Shown: positions 45,001 through 57,000 of the stretch, one piece after another
Position numbering within the stretch: the first letter of the stretch is position 1
Layout of the letters: each line of letters begins with the position of its first letter
NCBI GenBank assembly: GCA_037379345.1
Contig: CM074515.1
Location: forward strand, 18,662,001-18,726,000
Source: Perna viridis
Taxonomy: Eukaryota
DNA length: 64,000 bases
Reading direction: 5' to 3'
The notes under the pieces: generated by a model
Told to the model about the DNA's origin: nothing
Database searches by the model: none
The model's input: the letters and a program-made list of their open reading frames with translations, nothing else
Program-made: the position numbers and the translations under genes

Positions 45001-48000
45001 GCTTCATCTGATAAATACAAGATAGAAAAAAACAATACCTGTCAGTACAGGAGTAAGTTCCCTTGATCTCATCCTCACACTGACAAGTGAAGTCACAACC
45101 ATCTTCCCAGATATCGCCATTCTTATAGGCTTGTCCCTTGTAGATACATACTCCACTCTTACCTACAATAGACAATAACCATGGTAACAACACCAACAGA
45201 AAGTAACCATGGATACAGGATTATCTTATGCATACTGATTTGCATGAAAGTACAATATTGTCAGATTTCAATTTCCATAACTCCTTGGATCATTGGTATA
45301 CCATGTAAATGAAGTTCATTATGTAAATGGAAAATTTGTGACCTTCTTATCTTCATTAGAAGATTTCATTATCGTTTTCACCTTTTCAAAAGAATGACGA
45401 AGCTTTTAACCTACAGATTTATTTCAATAGTATACCTTGAAAACTGGTTTCCACTCCAGTGTATTTTGCTGGTGGCACCACTGAGTTTCCAGAAGTTCCA
45501 CCCTTTGTTCCACAAACTCTCATCTCACAACAAGTTGGATCACGAGGATCACGAATTAACTTACAGTCTGCTCCTGTACTCAGTGGGTATTCTGGACATC
45601 TAAAATAACACATACAAGTAGTGGGATGAAACAGTATTTCTCATGTTCTACTCCCTATAGATACACTTCAAAAATTGAAGGTAATCATTCTTGATATTTT
45701 TTAATAAACAGATATTTCAGATTTTTCTCGAAGTTTACATTGAATTAACATCTGTAAAATTTCAATTAAAAAACACTGGAAATCAAACTTGCTTTCAAGA
45801 TAACTGAGCCTTCATGCAGATGATTTCCTACAACTCTTTATTTAGATTATGTGGGGAATTTTGACTTCATTGCTGAGAAATTCTTGAAAATTTGTTCAAA
45901 AAACAATTATCTAACATTCTTTCCTATTTCAAAAAGAAAATAAATTTCAACATCATTTCCAACATGATATTTGTTCATTGAAAACTCATACTTCTGAAAA
46001 AGTTTGCATGATGACAAAAAAGAATGCTCAATGTGATAGGTATGATCTACCTAAGTTAATAACTTTTCGTTAAAGATCAGGTAAGGAAATTTGAGATAGG
46101 TAAACTTTAAAGCTGATTCTACTTCAGAATTAGTCTGATAATATACCAAGAGAAACCTATAGATAAATTTACAAACCTGCTGAGACATCTATAGATACCA
46201 TTCTCAGCATCCTCACAGGTACATCTGTAACTACAGCCATCATACCATGTCTGTCCTTGCTGGTAAAATTCACCATTGTAACTGCATACTCCTATAATGA
46301 TAAAACTAAAGTATTTTATAGCTGGTCCAATTGGCATCTAGAATTTTGACAGTGAAACAACAGCACTTCAAATAAAAAAATGAGCACGGATAGGTCGGAC
46401 ATGAGAACTTCCAAAAATATTACCACCAGAGAGGCATAAGATTAGAATCCACAAGAACACAGTAAACAATGGTGACCTTTACACAGTTGGAGAAGAATAA
46501 GAAAGAAAGAGCTGGAAAATATTGGAAAGACCAGGAATAACACAAAAAGAACTGCCTGAAATAGATTGAGATGGAGAATGACTGTAACTTCACTATGCTC
46601 GGCAAGGAACAAAGACGACTTAATCAAAATGTGTAAGCTGGCTTCTACCTATTAGATGTAAACAAATGGTTTACATTTTTTTTGTAAATATTAATACTGA
46701 ACTTCACTACTAACTAGAAATACTGCAAGAAAACTCACAAGAATTATCTTATACCCTTAAATTGAAATTAAATGTCTTTTTTGTGGTGACCTGAAATTCA
46801 TTATCTTCAATCATGCAAATATAATACAATACCAAACTTTCCTACAATCTGTAGAATGGTATAGAAGTTGCTTATGAGGATTCAACACTTAAGCCCCTCA
46901 TTTTGGATTATATCGCTCTCACGTAACATACAATAATTATTTTCCATTATTCTTATCTACATGTGATGCCTAACCTTTCAACAAAGTTTCATCAAAATCA
47001 ATTGAGCAGTTAAAGAGCAATTGAGCTTACAAGATGTAAGAACAGAATTATTGTGGGACATAAAGACAGACTTAACCAAGGGGTGTAATAAAATTAAAAA
47101 TAAAACAAAAAACAAATAAAAAAGATGTGTCATGTAATCAATTGTCTTGAAATAGATAGAGGACTCACCTTTCTTAGTTGTGGGTGTGGTCCTAACTCCA
47201 GTGATGATATCATATTTTGGAGGAACTCTACATCTTGGAACCTTACAGCATGGGTTTTCTGGATCCTGGATTAAATAACAACCAATTGGGAGGTTGCTGT
47301 AGTGAACACACCTAAAGAAAAAAACAGTTAGTTACAGTTCATGTGACTGACACACCTACAGGCACATACCAGTGGTTAACAATTCGTGTTACTGACACAT
47401 CTACAGGCACATAACAATGGCTAAAAGTTTGTAAGACTAACACACCTACAGGGAAAATCATGCATTTTAGTTAGTGTATCTTACACCCTGAACATAAAAA
47501 ATAACCAGACTTAACACATATTTATAATGTAGTAAAAATTCTTAAAATTCATGTAGCAAATTATAAGCACCTTTTACAAATTGCGTTAATATAAATTATT
47601 CATCTATAGTGAAAGGGGCTATATTTGTTTTACCAGTTACAAGTATTGTTATTTAGTGAATATTTTAGCTTACACACTAAAAAGACATTAAATATTCTTG
47701 TGTCAAAAAGAAACTTATAAACCCAGACAAAAAAAATTACCAGTTTTACAATATTTAAGTATCAGAATGATGTCTAAAAAATGACTATGTAACCGTCAAG
47801 AATTTCTTACAATATTGTATAGTTTTGTTTTTATCCTCCAACTACATTTTCTAAATAAAACATGTGAAATTTGTCCAAAATAGTTTATTTTTTTTCAGCA
47901 ATCTTTTGAGCGTGGTGGTCAGCAAGGGCATTTTAAAACTTGTTACCTGTTTCCTGTTTTTGACATTGCTCATAACTGAAAAAGTAACCAAGAGATGCTA

Positions 48001-51000
48001 TTATGCAGGTGAGGAATAGAGCTTTGTGTTATTCGACACCCTTTATTAGTATAGTAGAAAGCATAGTTACAGGATAGATATCATTATATATTACAGTCAA
48101 ACCTCGGTAGCTCGAACTCCAAGGGACCATTGAAAAGTGTTCGAGTTATCGGGAGTTCAACAAAGTGAAGTTTGTATATTTCCGAAATTCTTTTTCGTTG
48201 CCGGTCAGAGTTCGACTTTATCGTTAGAAATTGCTTACTTCCTCCGAAGTTGTGTTAGATCGTAGATCTTTTTCATTCGCTTTCGGAAGATTATGTTGAT
48301 TTATGGACATTAAAAATGCTGTGTTTTCTTTCAAAAACATCCAGAGTGTGGGTTCATTGGTCAATAATTTGTAATGACTTAAATATTACCTGTAATTAAC
48401 TAAAATGACACTGATTAATGATAGGGTTTCAGTTTTTCACACCTTTTATTATCCAAGCTGACAAAATTGCCAACGAGTTTGAGTTAGTGAGGGTTATTCT
48501 CTAAGATTTATTAATGAACGAACCGACTAGTCAGTGCGAGTTTTTGAGAAATTGAAGTTCGAGAAATCCAAGGTTATTTATATTGATTATATAGGAGAAA
48601 ATTTTGGTACTTTGAATTGTTCGAGAAATCCTGGGTGTTCGAGCCATCCGAGTTCGAGCGAGTGAAGTTTGATTGTATATACACAGCCAAATGTTTCACA
48701 TATGATAATCATATGGTGCTCCATCCATGTGATAATCTTATGGTAATCATATGATAATTAACATATGATAGTCATAGGATTATCATATGATTCTCATAGG
48801 TTAATTTTGGCTTGAAATCATATGACAATCATGTTTGTGAAAAACATATGATTATCATATGACAATCATGCGATAATCATATGATTATCATATGGTGCTC
48901 GATTTACATGATAATCATATGGTACAAATTATATAATTCTCATGTGTGGCAAATTTGCCTGTGTATATGTGTTTATCTTGAACTTGTATTACTTTGTCCT
49001 TACTTACTTTTCTACACATGTGTAATGACCTTGTTGTCCGTCATCACAGATACAGTTGTACTGACAACCAACATCCCATTTTTCTCCTACATTGTACCTC
49101 TTTCCACCATATGAACAATAACCTGCAAACAATTTTAATAATTATAATGAATCTTAATTGTCTTATCTTTTAAAGTAAGAGTAACTTTCATACTTACATG
49201 TCATAAATCAACACTGCAAACATTCTTTTTAAATTAGAAAATAATTTTCTACTTTATACTATTAAATAACTTTCAGCAGTGGGAAACAATGTAAGTATAC
49301 CAACCAAATTTAAATCTAAAGCTTTTCCCTATCACAATTTATTTTCACACTACAAGACATTAAAATTTACCAATTTACTATGAGAACCATCCACCAACCC
49401 AAACAAGGGCAAATCTTAAAATTGGGTTATTGCCCCCTGCAGAAATACATTAATATCTTTCATCCAAATCTACATGTGTATAATGCCTAACCTTCATAAA
49501 AGTTTTAAAGATATATACTCATAAGTGAAATCAATCATGAAGAAGATGACCAGAGTATAAAAAAGATATACAAACCTCCTGCAGCAATTTTTCCTGGATT
49601 AACTGTGGGGGGAGCTGGTGTGAAGCCAGTACCAATCAAAGGAATGTAGGTTTGTCCATAGTTGTGATGTTCAAGTCCTGTCTTGGGAGAGACAACTGAG
49701 TATGTCAAGGCTGCCTGACCAAATGTTGGTACAGGCTGAGGCACCTTGCCGAGGTTGGCATCATATGTACATTTAGGAGCTCTACAGCATGGATCGTTTG
49801 GATCTGTGCTCAATACACAAGTTGGTGTCATTCCTTGGTATGTTGGGCATCTTCAATGTAATAAGTAAAATCAACCATATGACAACTTGTACTTTGTAAG
49901 GAGTAGAACTTTCCCCAATAACCCTTCATTTGAGTAACAGTATGTTCAACCAAATTTGGTTTAATGATACACTAAGAATATAATACATGTTGTGAAAAAA
50001 GTAAGACATTATTTTTAGGTCATCATATTATTCATATGTTTGTCCTAACCCCTGCACACCTATGCTTACGAGTATGAGTATACTACATACCTGGCTCTGC
50101 ATGACATTTGACCTTTAGTTGCATCAACACAGACACAGTATTTAGAACAACCATCCATCCATGCTTGGTTCTGGGTGTAGACCTTTCCATTATACAAACA
50201 ACCATCTGTAATACAAGAAATTTTAAAATTACTACTGAAAGTTTATACAAACATCAATGAGTCCAATATTAGAATTATAATTTTGTAAGATTTCAAAACT
50301 CATACGAGGAAGATGATTCATTCACTAAAGATTTAAAGAAATCATTACAATTATCATAGCCAGTACAATTATATAAGATGTGGTGATTGCTGAGACCTGG
50401 TTTAACATACTATCCTATAGAACTTGGTGTTTACTGTTACATTTTATGGTGTTTTTGAATCACAGCTTTACATTCCATCATTCCTCGCACGTTAAAGAAC
50501 CCTTCTGTGGCATTAAACCCCAAAAATCAATCAATCAATCATTATATATTATTTGTCTATTTTAAAGTGGCTCATTACAAATGTCATATCAGACAAACCA
50601 CAAGTAGAATTACAAAAAGCTGAATGATGGTAGGTAATCAGCCTGTTGCTTTGATTTTTTTCTTTCTTTTTGTTTTTGTTTTTTTTTTAAGGGGGGGGTT
50701 GTTATTGGGTCAATATTTTCCACACACTATAGTAGCACATTACAAATTCTAAACATTTTTTTAACAGTTTTCATTATCATTCCAAGAAAATAGTTCCTCA
50801 TAACTCACTGACCCCCTGTCTATAGGACAATAAACAAGCCAGTACTCACCAATTGTTGGTGGCATGATACCAGTTCCAGTGAGACTGCCAGATGATCCAG
50901 GTGCTGTGGGTACAGCAAAGATCGAACCTCCAGGACTCTGAATGTGTATGTCTGTACCTCCTCCGAGGGAGTAACTAGTCATGGCAGAGGTGAGAAACAC

Positions 51001-54000
51001 ACCACCACTACACTGAGCATGAGCACAACATTCACCATTCTGTTTCACCATTGAACAACCAGATGGCAGGTTAGTATATTTAGGACATCTGTAAAACAAC
51101 CAACAATTCAAGTGTCGGAGGTATTTTAGGTTCAATATATTAAGTGAAGGAATAACAAGTAGAATTTTGATCCATCAATAAGAAAACAATTCAAATTTAA
51201 TTTAATATAAAAAAAAATATATACTGTAAACATACTGATTTTCACGGTGTACTAATTTTTGCGATTTTGACAGTGGACAGATAACCGCAAAAAATAGTAC
51301 ACGCGAAAATGATTTTTAAGTATCACTCCAGCTAAGAATCATGCAAAATGTAATTATTGGGTAAAAAGCCTACATATTTTTATTTTTGATATTTTGCTTG
51401 AATTGCCATAGTAAACAGAAATTAACATTCGGTTTTTCATATATCCCGTGTTCTCAGGAGATACAAATTATATAGAATGCACTATAGATTTCAAAATTAA
51501 GGGAGATAACTATGTAAATGATACTCAAATACAAAAGAATCTATTGGATTTTCAGTGTTGATTATCTCCTAAGAGCAGGCTGATTTGAATGAATAATTAC
51601 TCATTTCATAGTATAGACCCATACAAAAAGTTAATTAGAAAAATAAAAATATTTAACCTTTTTTGGGGTGTATCACATTTTTCAGATTTTGCATGACTCT
51701 TACAAAGACTGCTACTGAACACTAAACAACACTAATCATTTTATTGAAACTGTGAAAATTGATACCAGCAAATATGTTCACTTGACAGAATCCGCAAAAA
51801 TTAATGCGTTTACAGTATATTACTAAAAGATTATGCTATGATAAAGAAGTGTAATCTATAAACTAAATCTCCAAAGAAACAACCACACTTCAGCAATATC
51901 ACAGCATTTTATACAGCCTCAATCTGTTATTGATATTCTTTCCATTGCCTGAATATAGCTGAAATATTTTCTGCTCAGGTGTTAAACCACAACAACCAAT
52001 CAATCGATATTCTTTCCATTATCTTTCAACAAGCAGCATGGAAGGTGGTTTGCTAGAAGCAGGAAATGACGACATTTTTCCTTCATCCCTGGTTTAAGTG
52101 TGTGTGTGTGTTTGTGTGACCTTCAGTATTTCACTGCAACTCACGTGTTAACACATCTGTAATATCCATATCTAGCATTTTCACAATGACATCTCTCACT
52201 ACATGATGGTGCCCAAACTTCTCCTTGTTTGTATGCCTTACCAGAATATACACATCGATCTGAAATAAAATACATGGCTTCCATTAACTACTTCTCAATA
52301 CTGTAAACTTAGAAAACAATGTGTTCATTCAGCATCTAGTTCTTTTTAGTAAATGCTACTTTCCTTTCAGTACTTAAACCTCTTAGAATATACCGTATAG
52401 CAGGTAATTTTCACAAGGTTCCAAATTACGCTATATTCGCGAGGTTCAGGGAATCGTGAAAATAAAAGATCACCAAATTTGAGTCCTGATATTTCACAGT
52501 TATCCCCCATAGATCAAATCTTTCATCTACCCCCGGTATCTGGTGTCTCAATTTCGTAAATTATAACTTCAGGGCTTTTGGATTATCGACAAGTGAACAC
52601 TTTTTAAAACTATCTCATACATGTAGTACTCTTTACTATCAGAAATTTTTTGTCGTTTGAACAGTCAACATGTCCTTGTTGAAATTTTTGACAAAAGACA
52701 AAGAAAAGAATCCAATTCCTGATGGACCATAATTCAATCAAACTAGGGACTTGTTAGACAGTGCCAAATCTCTAACGCCATCTAAAAGAGGATCATAAAA
52801 AACGTATTCTCCAACACAGAAATTTGATAATGGGAAATATGCCACCCAAAATGGTAAAATATTCTATATCATCATACTCACAAATCCTGAGCTTGTTTAT
52901 TTATATTAATTTAGATTGTTTTATAATGATAGTTTACAGAACCAATCCATTTATGCAGTAATCTTTTTTTTTAATTTCAGAATAAATAAATCATCATTTA
53001 ACCATCAATTAAAATTCAAAACAAGGTTAATTATGTGGATATTGTGTTTGGTATAAGGAACATATTTCAGAGGATCTGTTTATACAACATTATGGTCATT
53101 TATACTTTAGGCTGTATTTTATGAAAATGATTTATAACTTCCTGAAGTTTGATATTTTAGTACATGGGTAATATATCTACAATCCATGTAGACTGTAATT
53201 TGCAGTCAAGACTGGTAAAAAAATAACCATGAGTCTATGAAGATAAACACCTCTTTAAGATACTCATGAAGGAAAATACTGAATTATTTCTATGAATCAT
53301 ATTTTTCTTCATCCTAAAAATTGTAACATTATGTTTTTTAGCATTCACATACAAATTTAAAAATATTTTTGTTATTTTTTTAAGCAATCTTACAAAACTG
53401 TCATTAACCAACAATGACCTCACACCAATTGAATGCAATAACCTACCATTAGGGCCTGCTTGTTGTGTACTTGGACCTAAAATGACCAAAAAAAAAGCAT
53501 GTCAAACTTTTACTAAGGTCTGAGGGTCATGAAACTGTCAAAAAGGCCAAGAAGCTGAACAGCTTCCTATATAATTAAAAATAAACAAAAAACAAAATGC
53601 CATTTCAGTTAAGACAGATTAGTTACTCATAGAAAATTGTTTTAGCAGTAACAAGGCAAATATTTCAAACCACTTCTACAGTCTAACTGCTATAACTCCC
53701 TCATGGAGATCTCTACAACTATATATTACTTTGTATTCTGTTTAAATGATGATGCATTTGTTACATTTCACCATATTCATTCTTTTATCCATTAAAGTTA
53801 TTTTAATTAACATAAAGTTGAAACTTAATTGTACAGCAGCAATAAGACATATTGATGTGCTTCAAATACCCTTAAAAACTAAACATTCTGTACTCACAGA
53901 AATTACAAGTATTTCTGCAGTTCTTCATTGCCCAATCCCTGTATGTTGTACAGACATCACTGCCGTAGTTAGAGCAGGTCACTAGATCCAGACAGGGTCC

Positions 54001-57000
54001 AGTAACTGGAGCTGTCATACCTAAATATTATATTTGTTAAGTTAAACAAGGTTACCAAGAAACTGAGATTGATGCATGTATACCAAAATAGAAAATCAAT
54101 GCTGACTTAATCCACTACCATCCACGGGGGACTAATTTTACAAAATTTAATTATCTTAGAAACACACGTAGCTTAAAAAAGTACTATCTTTACCTACTCT
54201 TTAATCAATCAATTAAGGTGCACATAAAACATGTGTTTTACCATAATAACTTAAACTAAATAATGTTTATAACTTTTCTGTCTTGTTTAATAGAATATAT
54301 TCCTTTCAACTGTACTTGTTGTATACAGAAAAAAAAACAATTAAAATGCCAGTTAGTTACTACTTGAATTAACCATTCCAATTTACATCTAGACAACATG
54401 TAATCTTCTCAATGAAGCTTTCCCTCAATGAAGAGACGATAAAGGTACCTTGTGTTGAATTATTTATTCCAAGAACAGTCCTAAACTGTCTCCAAATGGT
54501 ACAAAACACTTAAGAATATTTTTGTTTGTATCTGATAGTGCAAGTGCAGCTGAAGACAATCTGATATAAAACCCCACTGATTTGTGGTCTAAACTTTGAG
54601 CAAAATCTTCTGATCCAAGTTTCAAGGTTTATCATTAATATGAACTGTGAACAAAAGAATGAAGGGAAGAATTAACAACTAAGTAACACATGTATACTCC
54701 TGTTTCGGCTAGGGGGTTAGGGGGCAATAACTGATCATGCCATTATGTTGACTATATAATGTGACTTACTGGTTCCATTGCCACTGACCATACCATTTCC
54801 ACTGAAGGTACCAGCTTGTTGGGTAAACTCACATACTGGTTGTTTACAACACTGTCCGGGGGTCTGTTCTAAGTGACAAACTTGTGGCAATACTGTGTAA
54901 GATGGGCACCTGAAACCAAAACAAATGGATGTTTTCAGAAGAATTATCAAAAAGATTTAGACCCTTTTGTTATATAAAGCCACAAAAAAGCAGACATTTA
55001 ACCAACAAAAATTGTATATATACAAAAGAGTCTACATGCTTCAATCAGTGATCACTTAGGACAACAATAAATGCATGTCTATTTCTTGTTACCAAGTATT
55101 CCAGGTCAGTAGGTCATGATATGTTTTTCATTATATTTTTTTAAATGTACTTGGATTTTTCCTGATGATGAATACATTCTTAAAAAGATAATTAATACAA
55201 TCTCTTAGATATAACTGTGCTAGCCCCCATATTTGTGATACCACTACAACAGGAGCAGAGATTTTCTTGATAAAACAAACCTAGGTCAGAACTAGACACA
55301 AGCAATTTCTCAAATGTGGAACAAATTTTGTAACAGGAACAATATCCAGGTTGGTCTGGTAACAGGAGACAGCAATGTCTTTTTTTTTTGCATTACATAT
55401 ACTTTGAGAAAAAACGTATCAAATTATCAAATAGTATGAATGGTGTGTCTGGATCTTGGATAGTATAAATGTTATATGGACACACAATCTTATTTCTATT
55501 GTTGCCTTATTTTGATTGTAATCCAATAATCCTTACAATTGTTCACACTGGTAGGTTCCCTGTTGAGCATTGGTACATGTACACTGGTAGTCACAGCCAT
55601 CAGCCCATGACTGGTCTTGGTAGTATTGTTTACCCTTGTAAACACATACATCTAAAGTGAACATACAGAAGGCCATTACAGAAGACAAAATTACAATAAC
55701 ATTTGTATGTAGAAAAAGAAATATGTGGGTGTATTAATGTTTATAAATACATGGAAAGTGATCAAATTTAAGGGGAAATACTTTCTAAATGCAAGTTGAA
55801 ATTCGATTTTGCTAGTAGAAATTATTTCCACTTGCTAAAATTTGCTGGTAAAATTCTATGTCATATTGGTAAAGTCCAAAAATAACCCAAAAAACTTCAA
55901 ATCTAGCAAGTGTAAATTTTCGGTACTTGCTAAATTTAACTAGTGGAAAAAATTCTGAAATTCAATCCCTATATATATGTATACATGTATATAAATAATG
56001 CATTATGAATTCCATTATACATGTATATGTAAATGTTGATTCCAGCATGAATTATCAGCCTTACAAATGATTTACCTATCCAAACCTGAATTATCAGCAT
56101 TACAAATGATTTACCTATCCCAACTTTAATTATCAGCATTACAAAGGATTAACCTATCCCAACCTGAATTATCAGCATTACAAAGGATTTACCTATCCCA
56201 ACCTGAATTAACAGCATTGTTCCTATCCAAACCTTAACACTCAGCATTACAATGGATATATCTGTCCCAACCTGAACATTGAACACCAGTGTTCTAGGAC
56301 TCCATTTTCCTGTCACCTGGGGCAAGTGTAATTTTGGTGTGAAAAGTTTATTATTATGCCCACTTTCCCTTTTGTAAGTAGAAAACTTGAATGTTTGAAG
56401 GATTTGTTGAGTTCGGAAAACAGACTTTATCTGGGGGAAAGTTAATCTTTATTTGAAGTTTTCTAGAGAAAATCTAAAATTTATAAAAAAATCCTAGAAC
56501 ATTAAACACTACAAAAATGCACCTATCGGAACCAGAACACACAGCCTGACAAGTGATTTAACAATCCAAACCTGAATACTCAGCATTACATATGATTTAC
56601 ATATCACAACCTGAACGCTTAGCATTAAAAATAATTCACCTATTCCAAGTGCATTTTGACCCTTTCCAGAGGACTCAAATTTCTGTACAGTTGGGTTGAA
56701 GTTACAGACTGGTTCCAAGCAGCATCCACCTTGTTTTCTAACAAGGGTACACATTGATGGAAGGTTGTAATAAACTGGACATCTACAAACAGAACAATAA
56801 ATATATAGCACTGAGCTGGGAATACTAGTCATTCCTAGACAGGTCATTTTTGGACAAGAATGCAAACTCCAGTACAGGAACATTAAAATGTTAGTATTTA
56901 CAGGTACATGTATACAGCAAAATGTGAACAAGAAATTCTATTTCAGGGCTAATTACATTTTTTAGTAAATTTCTGATCCTGAAGCTTGATAATATAATAT

